In this document: piece by piece, positions 1-8,268 of the stretch | How positions within the stretch are numbered: position 1 is the stretch's first letter | How the letters are laid out: each line of letters starts with the position of its first letter | IMG/VR virus record: IMGVR_UViG_3300027963_000034 | Coordinates: 1-64,000 of that record | Reading direction: 5' to 3' (one strand) | Source: a virus | Lineage: Duplodnaviria; Heunggongvirae; Uroviricota; Caudoviricetes | DNA: 64,000 nt | Notes under the pieces: model-generated | Told to the model about the DNA's origin: nothing | The model's database searches: none | Seen by the model: the letters and a program-made list of their open reading frames with translations, nothing else | Translations under genes and position numbers: made by a program

Positions 1-8
1 CATATATA

Positions 9-863
9 TTATTTTTGTAAATTTTCAATATACTCTCTTAATACATCTTTTGGTTTCCAATCAAGTCTATTAAGAGCATCATTATTTTCTCTTTTTGTTT
101 CTCTATAATTACCTTTCTCATCGGTCATATATACTTTCACACAACTGAACTTTTTGATAAACATATCAGCCACTTCATTTAGAGAATAATTAAATCCAGT
201 ACCCAACTCCCAAGCATCTTCATGTTTTTCATCACTAAATGCAATCTTAATTAATCCATCCACAATATCATCAACATGCGTAAAATCTCTCCTTTGTTCA
301 CCATCGCCTACAATTGTAATCGGATAGTTTTGTTCAACTTGCCCTCTCCACTTACCAATCACAGCTGCCCACTTACCTTCGGTAATTTCATGTGGACCGT
401 AAACATTGTAGAATCTGGCAATCTCAATGTTAGTACCAAATACTTTTTTATACATCTTACAAACATCCTCACCTAACTTCTTATACATTGCGTATGGTGA
501 TTGAAATGGGTCATGCCATTGTGAAGATGAACCACTATATACAATTTTTACATTCCATTTTCTAGCCCACTCACATATAGCTTCAGTACCACCTGTATTA
601 ACTCTAAAAAATTCAGATGGAGCTTCAAATGATGGTTGTATTCTACTTAATGCGGCTAAATGAAAGCACAAATCAACTTCATCGCCTCTTATGTATTCTA
701 TCTGCTCTACATTCATTGGTAGGTATCTCACACCTTCTATTTGGTTTTCTATTTTACCAATTGAATAATCATCTATTACAATAATTTTATGCCCATCTTC
801 TAAAAGACGTTTGGTTAAGTTGATTCCAATGAATCCTAAACCACCTGTTATTACTATATTCAT
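9..863 (-). CDS. NAD-dependent epimerase/dehydratase (extended SDR, nucleotide-sugar)
   Basis: TGGLGFIG Rossmann motif, YAMYK catalytic motif, RYFN-like ARFYNVYGP, RRDFTHVDD. Confidence 0.9.
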   Translation of the reverse strand: MNIVITGGLGFIGINLTKRLLEDGHKIIVIDDYSIGKIENQIEGVRYLPMNVEQIEYIRGDEVDLCFHLAALSRIQPSFEAPSEFFRVNTGGTEAICEWARKWNVKIVYSGSSSQWHDPFQSPYAMYKKLGEDVCKMYKKVFGTNIEIARFYNVYGPHEITEGKWAAVIGKWRGQVEQNYPITIVGDGEQRRDFTHVDDIVDGLIKIAFSDEKHEDAWELGTGFNYSLNEVADMFIKKFSCVKVYMTDEKGNYRETKRENNDALNRLDWKPKDVLREYIENLQK

Positions 864-1099
864 TTTTTATCTATTTTAATTGTTATACCAGCCTTTCCAG
901 CTGATATATCATAAGTGTTTCTTCTATTATCATTTATAAATCCATAATCTTTGAATCTAAATATAATTACATCCTTACCTTCAAAGATTGCCCAAATTGC
1001 ATTATCTGCATAATCAATAGATGGTTGTGTTATCATACCCATCTTCCAACTGTTTATAAATTCGGGCTCCAACTCATCCGGTAAAATATTAATTATCAT
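860..1099 (-). CDS. hypothetical protein
   Basis: ORF; start moved to ATG 1099, which gives an ATGA overlap with the upstream stop. Confidence 0.6.
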   Translation of the reverse strand: MIINILPDELEPEFINSWKMGMITQPSIDYADNAIWAIFEGKDVIIFRFKDYGFINDNRRNTYDISAGKAGITIKIDKK

Positions 1100-1434
1100 T
1101 TCCAAAGTATTTGAATCAGTATTATCGCCACACTTAATCCCAAACAAACTAATGTTTTTACATTAAGTGGTTCTTTAAATAAATAGTAGCTCATCAAAGT
1201 AAATATAACAACTCCAATTCCATATCCTATCAAACGAGATGGCCATATTTCCCCACCAAATGCAGTAACAAAGTGTTGTACCGATTTTAGAAACAACCAA
1301 CCAGATGGTATGGATGCTAAAATTATTATGATTGGATATTTTTCATACCAACCATATTTGATACTACCTTGTAGTTGAAGAAAGGTTAATACTTGCGCAA
1401 CCAATCCATAAAGAAATCCTATTAATAAATTCAT
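1096..1434 (-). CDS. small multi-pass membrane protein (SMR/DMT-like)
   Basis: 112 aa, four hydrophobic segments, FKEPLNVK..GL tail resembling DMT transporters. Confidence 0.55.
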   Translation of the reverse strand: MNLLIGFLYGLVAQVLTFLQLQGSIKYGWYEKYPIIIILASIPSGWLFLKSVQHFVTAFGGEIWPSRLIGYGIGVVIFTLMSYYLFKEPLNVKTLVCLGLSVAIILIQILWK

Positions 1435-1438
1435 TTTT

Positions 1439-1470
1439 CAAAGATACGAAATTTATTCCACATTACCAAA
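1439..1470 (-). promoter_or_regulatory. Bacteroidota primary-sigma promoter (-33 TTTG / -7 TATCTTTG)
   Basis: minus strand TTTG-N20-TATCTTTG is an exact match to TTTG..TAnnTTTG; ATG follows 4 nt later. Confidence 0.75.
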
Positions 1471-2023
1471 GATTATTTCCACTACTTCCACTTAGACCGG
1501 ATGATGATGAAGCACCCCCACTTTTAAATCTAACACTATCTTGCTCTCTACTAACATACGATAGGATATCTCTTGTTATTGTATCACTTAATAGTGCCTC
1601 CGCAATAGTTTGTATAAAGATGGATGGATTAGATATGTGATGTTTTGTTATAGTACTAGATAAATCATATGGTGTCATATTGCTATCATACTTAGGCGGT
1701 GGAAGTACCTTAACTTGCATATCCATACTATCCGAAAATAAACTAACTCTAGCAAAGGGTTCACCGCTATTCAATGGATGTACCCAAGCCGTATATACAT
1801 TACTAACATCGCTAGTATTGTGTATAAAAAAACTAGCTCCCATAACATCAAATTCATTGCCGGCCAACTTATCCCAATTTGATATCTCTAATTGTTTTTT
1901 CTTTTTTGGGAATGCTTTATTATGTCTTTCTAAATCACAAGATAAATGGTCATATCCAACCAAATAATCTATATCTACATCGTAAGTAGATTTACCACAA
2001 TATTGGCAAATATATTCTTTCAT
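1463..2023 (-). CDS. hypothetical protein with N-terminal Zn-binding motif
   Basis: CQYC...HLSC; Gly/Ser-rich C-terminus. Confidence 0.6.
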   Translation of the reverse strand: MKEYICQYCGKSTYDVDIDYLVGYDHLSCDLERHNKAFPKKKKQLEISNWDKLAGNEFDVMGASFFIHNTSDVSNVYTAWVHPLNSGEPFARVSLFSDSMDMQVKVLPPPKYDSNMTPYDLSSTITKHHISNPSIFIQTIAEALLSDTITRDILSYVSREQDSVRFKSGGASSSSGLSGSSGNNLW

Positions 2024-2382
2024 TATTTTATAATTCCGTGTGCTTTTGGTTTTCCATTTTCATCAACTGCCACAAATACAATTTTATCTATTCTGATGAT
2101 AGTTTTCTTTGTATCTTTATTTCTTACTTCACAAGCTATTGTTATTGATGTATTACCAAATTGAATTAACTCACATCCTATTTCTATAACATCACCCAAT
2201 TTAGCAGATGATACGAAGTTCACTTCACTCATTGCTTTAGTTACTATACTTCTAGTAAATAATTGACATATACAAAATATAGATGCTTCTTCATCAATCC
2301 ATTTCAATACTTGTCCGCCAAAGAGTGTACCTCTAGCATTTAAATCTTCGTACTTAATTAACTTACGTGTTTTAAAATTCAT
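2023..2382 (-). CDS. acyl-CoA thioesterase (hotdog fold, YciA-like)
   Basis: DLNARGTLFGGQVLKWIDE, FGNTSI, FVAVDENGKP motifs. Confidence 0.85.
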   Translation of the reverse strand: MNFKTRKLIKYEDLNARGTLFGGQVLKWIDEEASIFCICQLFTRSIVTKAMSEVNFVSSAKLGDVIEIGCELIQFGNTSITIACEVRNKDTKKTIIRIDKIVFVAVDENGKPKAHGIIK

Positions 2383-2617
2383 TGTTTAATCTTTTTATAT
2401 CTACACAATCATCTTTACCAATATCATCAAATGATTTCCAAGCCCCAAATTTTCTATTTGTTCTTGGAAGGATATGATGCTCCCTATGCCCGCACCATTT
2501 ACATTCTCTAACAACAATTCGAATAACACCCCTACCATGTGGATGTCCTTTACATTCGTGCTTTTCTTTTCGGTACTCCCAATTATGGGCTCCGATGTAA
2601 CAAAATGGGGTAATCAT
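2372..2617 (-). CDS. hypothetical Cys/His-rich protein
   Basis: C..G.H.W and CKWCG motifs. Confidence 0.55.
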   Translation of the reverse strand: MITPFCYIGAHNWEYRKEKHECKGHPHGRGVIRIVVRECKWCGHREHHILPRTNRKFGAWKSFDDIGKDDCVDIKRLNNEF

Positions 2618-2620
2618 AAC

Positions 2621-3271
2621 TTATTTCTTTTTTATTATTAATGGAATTACAAATGCCAATAGAGTTAAGATTGAGAATACAGCATCAATCGCTTCTGTAT
2701 TCAAATCATGCAACCAATATGATGATACTAACTTTAATCCCAATGCTCCAATTACCCAATATGCCACTCTCTCCAATATAGGATTCTTCTCTAATACTTT
2801 CACAAACTTTGTTGTGGCAAATCTCATAGCAAGAATACCCACAAATACACCACCACATATCAACCATAAGTTTGGAGTGAATGCTACTGCGGCAAATACA
2901 TTATCAATACTGAATACTAAATCCATAAGCTCAATTGCTACGATGGTGGACCAAAGTGCTGATAGAAATGGTATCTTAATTGTCATCTTACTTTCCCCAC
3001 CTTGTTCAACATTTGTAGATAAGGCGTTATATGCTAAATACATAAGATACAATCCACCTGCTATTTTCAACCATACTAATTTGATAAGAACGGATGCGAA
3101 TAATAAAGCCAATCCTCTAAATAGATATGCCCCTGCGATACCATAGGTTAGGGCTTTCTTTTGTTGTTCTTTTGGTAGTTCTTTTACCATCGCTGCTAAT
3201 ACTGCCGCGTTATCAATACTCAATACTATTTCTAGTATCACAATATTTAAAAAAATTAATACTTCCGTCAT
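2621..3271 (-). CDS. terC: TerC family membrane protein
   Basis: LEIVLSIDNA and DLVFSIDNVFAAVA signature motifs. Confidence 0.9.
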   Translation of the reverse strand: MTEVLIFLNIVILEIVLSIDNAAVLAAMVKELPKEQQKKALTYGIAGAYLFRGLALLFASVLIKLVWLKIAGGLYLMYLAYNALSTNVEQGGESKMTIKIPFLSALWSTIVAIELMDLVFSIDNVFAAVAFTPNLWLICGGVFVGILAMRFATTKFVKVLEKNPILERVAYWVIGALGLKLVSSYWLHDLNTEAIDAVFSILTLLAFVIPLIIKKK

Positions 3272-3281
3272 TGTTTATATT

Positions 3282-4034
3282 TTAATTATTTCGGTATCCT
3301 AAAGTTACCATTGCTTCTTCCATATGTTCATTCATATAATGTTGAATTGCCAAATGTGAATTTGGGTCTCCTATATATGGTAATCCAATATTATGAGGGT
3401 CAGCTGCCAATGGTTTGTGTTTTGATTCAAATAGTATTCTACTATCATGCGTTAGTGGAACTTGATTTTCCCACATTGCTCTACCCAATGCCCAATCATC
3501 TATTTCATAATCAATATTCTCATCAATTCTCATTTTTTCTTTAGCTACTTTCATAGCAGCTCTTGATACCATATACCCACATCCACTTGCAATTGTTCTT
3601 TCCTTACAAACTACATACTTAAAACTTTCGTATGGATTAGTTGATGCAGCTGGATGTGCACATCCCATATAATGAGGAATACCATTACTTAAATTTTCAG
3701 TTATCATCCAATCAAATCTACTAGGATGTACAAATGAATCCGAATCAATTCTAAAATAGTATTCATAATCAGTTTCACTAAGTATCCAATCGATTGGCAT
3801 TCTAATTGATTTATCATACAATCCTCTTTTAGTATCCTCTGCCTTAAACCAAATCATATCACCATCAATTTTCCATTCGGTTTCTAATTCAGGATTGCCA
3901 ATTGCAACCATAACATTATACCCCAATTTTTCAATTTCAGGTATCCAAGTTGATTTACACTCCTTCCAATTTTGTGCCCAAGGCTCTATCGTAGTGCCGG
4001 TTACCAATATAATTAATTTACTTTTATCAAACAT
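3282..4034 (-). CDS. putative glycosyltransferase (GT31/Fringe-like)
   Basis: YFRIDSDSFV DxD motif, SGCGYMVSR, EIDDWALG. Confidence 0.65.
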   Translation of the reverse strand: MFDKSKLIILVTGTTIEPWAQNWKECKSTWIPEIEKLGYNVMVAIGNPELETEWKIDGDMIWFKAEDTKRGLYDKSIRMPIDWILSETDYEYYFRIDSDSFVHPSRFDWMITENLSNGIPHYMGCAHPAASTNPYESFKYVVCKERTIASGCGYMVSRAAMKVAKEKMRIDENIDYEIDDWALGRAMWENQVPLTHDSRILFESKHKPLAADPHNIGLPYIGDPNSHLAIQHYMNEHMEEAMVTLGYRNN

Positions 4035-4043
4035 AATTAAAAA

Positions 4044-5330
4044 TTAATATCTATTATTGAATCCGATTGGTGAATATTTGTCCTCCGATTTGTATTCGGT
4101 TTCTTCCAAATTATATATTTCAGTTAAGGTCATTGGTTTGGTTGTAACATAATTTTTACCTAAATGTTTAATTAGATTATTAGCATCTTCAATAGGAAGT
4201 GCATCAAACTTATGTTCTGCAATCAATCTACCCTTTCTTAATAGAGCCGAATCAATTTTAGCTTTATCCATATTGAACGTTGCTACAATCTGAATCTTTA
4301 GAATATCACTAAGGATACCATCGGTAATGTTAAGGATGTTTGATACACCATTTGCCCCACCATTGTTTCTATCCGTAATTACTCTTTCCGCATCTTCAAT
4401 GAATAGAATTGAATTACTATTTTGAATTAAGAATGGAGTCATCTCCGGTGATGTAATGAAATCTGCTAAGTAAGGTGGTATAAATAATACCCTCTTATCT
4501 TTAACCTTACTCGCAATATACTTTAAGTAGTGAGTCTTTCCAGTACCCGGCGTACCATGTAATAGAACTAAGCCTTTACCATTTTTTTGGTTAAGCGTGT
4601 TAATAATCTTTTCGTGGATGGGTTTGAATCCTTTACCATACCCCAATTCAATATCTAACTTTTGGTCAGGTAATTCAAACGAAGTTGTATCATACCCTCT
4701 TGGAGTTTGTATTACTAATGCAATGTTATTACTTTCATGCTTTCTTCTCTTACCCAATTCGATAATCTTCTCAACTAATTCGGTATATATTTCTGATTCA
4801 TCATTCGAATATACCTGAACATCTACTCCAATGCCATCTTTAAATGCTTTCTTAACCTTATCATTCCACTTACGAATTACACCTGAGACACTGATTAAAG
4901 TAGTTGCTATACCATTTTTCTTTTCCCACACTTCACTAGCACCATAGTTATTATGTCCATAGAATTCTCTAACATAGATTCTACTAAACCCCATCTCTTT
5001 AATTACCGCAAAAAACGGTGCTTGTTTAATCTGATAATCATCGCTAATTCGGAAATGTTTTGTAATAAGTTTTCCGGTTTGATTTTGAATGTATGTACCG
5101 TATGGAAAATCATCCGAATCACTCAAACGATATGGTTGTCCCGTTGTTGTTTGGTTCGTAGAATCGCCTCCACCACTAATACTAGGCTCGTCATACGCTT
5201 CTCTAATCGCCTCAAGTAAATCTTCAGGTGTATCTTCATCTATATGTAAATTTAAATCATCAAAGGCCATATCCTTTAACTTTTCAATAAGTCTTTTCTC
5301 ATTATCCAATACTGCTTTTCTTCTGCTCAT
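4044..5330 (-). CDS. AAA+ ATPase
   Basis: Walker A GTPGTGKT, Walker B LFIEDAE, SRH IDSALLRKGRL. Confidence 0.9.
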   Translation of the reverse strand: MSRRKAVLDNEKRLIEKLKDMAFDDLNLHIDEDTPEDLLEAIREAYDEPSISGGGDSTNQTTTGQPYRLSDSDDFPYGTYIQNQTGKLITKHFRISDDYQIKQAPFFAVIKEMGFSRIYVREFYGHNNYGASEVWEKKNGIATTLISVSGVIRKWNDKVKKAFKDGIGVDVQVYSNDESEIYTELVEKIIELGKRRKHESNNIALVIQTPRGYDTTSFELPDQKLDIELGYGKGFKPIHEKIINTLNQKNGKGLVLLHGTPGTGKTHYLKYIASKVKDKRVLFIPPYLADFITSPEMTPFLIQNSNSILFIEDAERVITDRNNGGANGVSNILNITDGILSDILKIQIVATFNMDKAKIDSALLRKGRLIAEHKFDALPIEDANNLIKHLGKNYVTTKPMTLTEIYNLEETEYKSEDKYSPIGFNNRY

Positions 5331-5332
5331 TT

Positions 5333-5857
5333 TTATCGGTTTAGTTTATTAATACATTCTTCTACTTTATCTCTTAATCTACCACCATATCCAAAATCAC
5401 CATCAACTTGAACATGCCTCCACATTGGAATACGAGGTTTCATCCATTTAAATTCACGAGATAAATTTAAATCATCAATTGCTATCCAATTTGATATCTT
5501 ATTATCTTTAGCCCACTTCACAACTTCTAATGCTCTTTCGTGGTCTATGGATGGTCTACTCATTTTATTCCATAGGTCCTGATGTGTAGTTATATCAATC
5601 AATCGAGCACTTATACCATAATACCTAAATATTCGTTTAAGCTGATTGAAGGTGAAATGTTTTTTCCAATCTGAACTAACTACTAACTCAGCGTTTGTTT
5701 CATCACATATTTTTTGCAATGCCTCACAATCTTCTTTAACCCAAGGGTATGGAATTGTGAAGTCCTCTTGTCCTCCATCAATAGTAACCTTACCATCGTA
5801 CCATGTTGCCCAAACCAATGGACCATCAACATCAATAAAAATAATTTTCTTTCTCAT
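5333..5857 (-). CDS. HAD-superfamily protein (HAD_SAK_2-like)
   Basis: FIDVDGPL, VVSSDWK, WIAIDD. Confidence 0.8.
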   Translation of the reverse strand: MRKKIIFIDVDGPLVWATWYDGKVTIDGGQEDFTIPYPWVKEDCEALQKICDETNAELVVSSDWKKHFTFNQLKRIFRYYGISARLIDITTHQDLWNKMSRPSIDHERALEVVKWAKDNKISNWIAIDDLNLSREFKWMKPRIPMWRHVQVDGDFGYGGRLRDKVEECINKLNR

Positions 5858-5919
5858 AACTTTACATTTGTTTAAATATTGGTAGTATTACTACTGATAT
5901 TATATTGTTTATAAACTAT

Positions 5920-5994
5920 TGGTAGTCCCTAAAGGATTCGAACCTTTACTAAAACGTCCGTAGCGTTTCGTGCTATCCGTTACACCAAAGAACC
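5920..5994 (-). tRNA. tRNA-Arg(ACG)
   Basis: cloverleaf GGTTCTT/AGGGACT-A-CCA, anticodon arm AAACG-CTACGGA-CGTTT, GGTTCGAATCC. Confidence 0.9.
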
Positions 5995-6014
5995 AATTTG
6001 CACATTTGTTTATA

Positions 6015-6104
6015 CTATGCATAGAAATAAAGTAAAGCTCCAGTGATTATTAACACTATAATCAATGTCAAAGTAGATAATTTTTGTCCAATTTTGTACC
6101 ACAT
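6015..6104 (-). CDS. putative small membrane peptide (29 aa)
   Basis: MWYKIGQKLSTLTLIIVLIITGALLYFYA; fills a gap in the gene train; not in ORF track. Confidence 0.35.
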   Translation of the reverse strand: MWYKIGQKLSTLTLIIVLIITGALLYFYA

Positions 6105-6107
6105 ATA

Positions 6108-6191
6108 TTATTTGTTTTTATAATAATTTCTTAATTTTTCACTTAATATACCACCAGTATATGCAAGTATTAAAAATATAACTGTTTTCAT
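6108..6191 (-). CDS. putative small peptide (27 aa)
   Basis: MKTVIFLILAYTGGILSEKLRNYYKNK; tightly packed with neighbours. Confidence 0.35.
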   Translation of the reverse strand: MKTVIFLILAYTGGILSEKLRNYYKNK

Positions 6192-6202
6192 ATTATTTGT
6201 TT

Positions 6203-6424
6203 TTAATCAATAAAGTTTAATTCTACTATATCAAAAGTATCTTCACTGTCTAATTGTTCAATATACTTTTCAGCATCCATTCTGTTTTTAAAGACATAAG
6301 AATTATTAAAATAATATCCTTCATTTATACTACAAGATACTACTACATAACATTTACAATCTTCATTATTGTTTTCAGTTGCAATAAGTGTATAGCTTGG
6401 AAATACATTTAATTCTGTTTTCAT
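6203..6424 (-). CDS. hypothetical protein
   Basis: ORF in gene train. Confidence 0.55.
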   Translation of the reverse strand: MKTELNVFPSYTLIATENNNEDCKCYVVVSCSINEGYYFNNSYVFKNRMDAEKYIEQLDSEDTFDIVELNFID

Positions 6425-6427
6425 AGG

Positions 6428-6652
6428 TTATTTGTTTTTAATTAGTTTAATCAATCTAGGAAGTCTAAATAGCATAATAAGTAACAAAACAGGCCATATA
6501 GTAGCATACATTAAAAAATATAGCTCAAATCCTGCATTTTCAAAACAATATGGGGTAAGTATAACACTTCCATGGTCAATATCTATTTTAAATATTGCCA
6601 TTCCAATTAATAAATAGCATATAAAAAATGATGTAAAAAGTAAATAAATCAT
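6428..6652 (-). CDS. hypothetical membrane protein
   Basis: two hydrophobic segments. Confidence 0.55.
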   Translation of the reverse strand: MIYLLFTSFFICYLLIGMAIFKIDIDHGSVILTPYCFENAGFELYFLMYATIWPVLLLIMLFRLPRLIKLIKNK

Positions 6653-6669
6653 GTTTTAAATTTAATAGG

Positions 6670-6888
6670 TTATTTGTTTTGGTTAAATTCTATTGGTTCA
6701 GCTTTTTTCAAAAATTCATTTACTAACAAATCAAGCCCCATTAATTTTAATGTTTCTTTTATTTGTTGTTCTGTATATATGTTTTCATTATCTGATATTT
6801 CAAATGCAAAAATAGAATTATCATAGTGTCCCCAATCTTTTGATTGTAAATTAATTTTAGCTACTTGTTTTTCTGTATATAGTTTCAT
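6670..6888 (-). CDS. hypothetical protein
   Basis: ORF with internal repeat YTEKQV/YTEQQI. Confidence 0.55.
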   Translation of the reverse strand: MKLYTEKQVAKINLQSKDWGHYDNSIFAFEISDNENIYTEQQIKETLKLMGLDLLVNEFLKKAEPIEFNQNK

Positions 6889-6919
6889 AGGTTAATTAGT
6901 TTTTGTTGTTTGATATACT

Positions 6920-6951
6920 CTAATATACAAAGAATTTTAGAATTTACCAAA
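6920..6951 (-). promoter_or_regulatory. Bacteroidota-type promoter
   Basis: TTTG-N20-TATATTAG. Confidence 0.6.
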
Positions 6952-6991
6952 GTATTTATACTGATTTTTATGAGTATTTATACTGATTTTT
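6951..6991. repeat. 19-bp direct repeat x2 (agtatttatactgattttt), period 22
   Basis: copies at 6951-6969 and 6973-6991, abutting the -33 element. Confidence 0.75.
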
Positions 6992-7029
6992 TACTAATAT
7001 TTGAGTAATTAGAAATATATTTCTAATTT

Positions 7030-7103
7030 TGCACCCCGTCAGAGAATCGAACTCATGTCCATGCGAGGTTTTGGAGACCTGCTGCTTCCTTAAGCTACGA
7101 GAT
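7030..7103 (-). tRNA. tRNA-Trp(CCA), atypical
   Basis: acceptor ATCTCGT/ACGGGGT, anticodon AGGT-CTCCAAA-ACCT, TTCGATT loop; shrunken D-loop and bulged T-stem. Confidence 0.65.
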
Positions 7104-7108
7104 TTTTG

Positions 7109-7179
7109 TTATTCGGGCTGGATTCGAACCAGAACTAATTGTACCAAAAACAATTGTGCTACCGTTACACCACCGAACA
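7109..7179 (-). tRNA. tRNA-Gln(TTG)
   Basis: TGTTCGG/CCGAATA, ATTGT-TTTTGGT-ACAAT, GGTTCGAATCC. Confidence 0.9.
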
Positions 7180-7189
7180 ATTTCCAATT

Positions 7190-7819
7190 TTATAATACTC
7201 TACCCAATCTCCATCCATTAGGAATAATATCTATTTTTTTTATTTTTTTATTTTCAATTTCATTTGTTACCCAACACGTTCCAAATTGGGAATTACCTTC
7301 TCCTTTTTGTTTTAAAGAATTGGCTTTTCCAATTTTTCTTTTTGTTTTTTCAGTATGATTTCTACCTGTCCAATTATCTACATGTTTTAATATACCTGTT
7401 TGCCATAATATTTTATTTTGTTCAGATTTCCATTCTGATTTTTTTTTACGATATTCTGGATTAGCCCACATAAGTTCATTCATTCGTTTTGCTCCTTTTT
7501 TATATCCATCTACTGATATAAACCCACCACATCCACCAAAGACAATATTCATACACATTTCATCTTTCAGTAAATCTTCATTAACTAATTCTTTCTCCCT
7601 TTCAATCAATTTTTCTCTACTATCAAACCATTCAATTATTTCTAATTGAAAGTTTTCTTTACCATACTTTCGTATAGAATATCTTAATCGTTTACCACTT
7701 CCCAAATAACCATCTTTTAAATTACTCGTTGAGTGCATTCCTACATAATATTTACCATTCAACATATTCGTTGTTTTATAAATAAAATGATATTTTTTTA
7801 CTTTGTTTAAGTTTGCCAT
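7190..7819 (-). CDS. GIY-YIG homing endonuclease (Seg-like, NUMOD3)
   Basis: FIYKTTN..GKYYVGMH..YLGSG; HTEKTKRKIG and GEGNSQFG NUMOD3-like tail; free-standing inside the tRNA cluster. Confidence 0.85.
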   Translation of the reverse strand: MANLNKVKKYHFIYKTTNMLNGKYYVGMHSTSNLKDGYLGSGKRLRYSIRKYGKENFQLEIIEWFDSREKLIEREKELVNEDLLKDEMCMNIVFGGCGGFISVDGYKKGAKRMNELMWANPEYRKKKSEWKSEQNKILWQTGILKHVDNWTGRNHTEKTKRKIGKANSLKQKGEGNSQFGTCWVTNEIENKKIKKIDIIPNGWRLGRVL

Positions 7820-7868
7820 AGTTTATATTGTTTACACATATAAATATAACAAAATCAAAAAAGTCTAC

Positions 7869-7943
7869 GGAGCAGATGAGAGGAATCGAACCTCCGTCTC
7901 CTACTTGGAAGGAAGGAGTAATGAGCCATTATACGACATCTGC
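7869..7943 (-). tRNA. tRNA-Gly(TCC)
   Basis: GCAGATG/CATCTGC-T, anticodon loop CTTCCAA, GGTTCGATTCC. Confidence 0.9.
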
Positions 7944-7959
7944 ATATCAAATAAACAAT

Positions 7960-8033
7960 TGAGGGAAGGGAGAATTACGATATCTCGACCTGATGATTAA
8001 CAGTCATCTGCTCTGCCGCTGAGCTACCATCCC
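7960..8033 (-). tRNA. tRNA-Asn(GTT), atypical T-loop/discriminator
   Basis: GATGA-CTGTTAA-TCATC anticodon arm, TAGCTCAGCGGCAGAGC D-arm; T-loop ATCGTAA, U73. Confidence 0.8.
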
Positions 8034-8071
8034 AAAACAAAAAACCCCCAACTAATTAAAGTCAGGGGTTT
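8034..8071 (-). terminator. intrinsic terminator of the putative attenuator, immediately 5' of tRNA-Asn
   Basis: AAACCCCTGACT-TTAATT-AGTTGGGGGTTT followed by TTTGTTTT. Confidence 0.85.
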
Positions 8072-8102
8072 CTAAAATTCTTAATATAAATCTAGCCTAA
8101 CT

Positions 8103-8171
8103 TTACATATCTCTGCTACCCCAAATCTGATTTGGTGTACTACAAAGTGTATGTAATGTTAATGCTTTCAT
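8103..8171 (-). CDS. putative attenuator leader peptide MKALTLHTLCSTPNQIWGSRDM
   Basis: 22-codon ORF just after a TATATTTATA motif; stop-overlapping TAAAGTTAGG is complementary to the terminator 5' arm CCTGACTTTA. Confidence 0.7.
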   Translation of the reverse strand: MKALTLHTLCSTPNQIWGSRDM

Positions 8172-8196
8172 TTGTTATAAATATAATCGAATTAAA

Positions 8197-8268
8197 AAAG
8201 TAATCAATCTTCAAAATACGCCACGTCAAGTCATGCTCCGGTTAATACTAGCCTCGATGAATTACTTT
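8197..8268 (-). ncRNA. small structured RNA of unknown family
   Basis: ends pair (AAAGTAATT.CATC / GAT.TGATTACTTT) around a GC-richer core. Confidence 0.4.
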
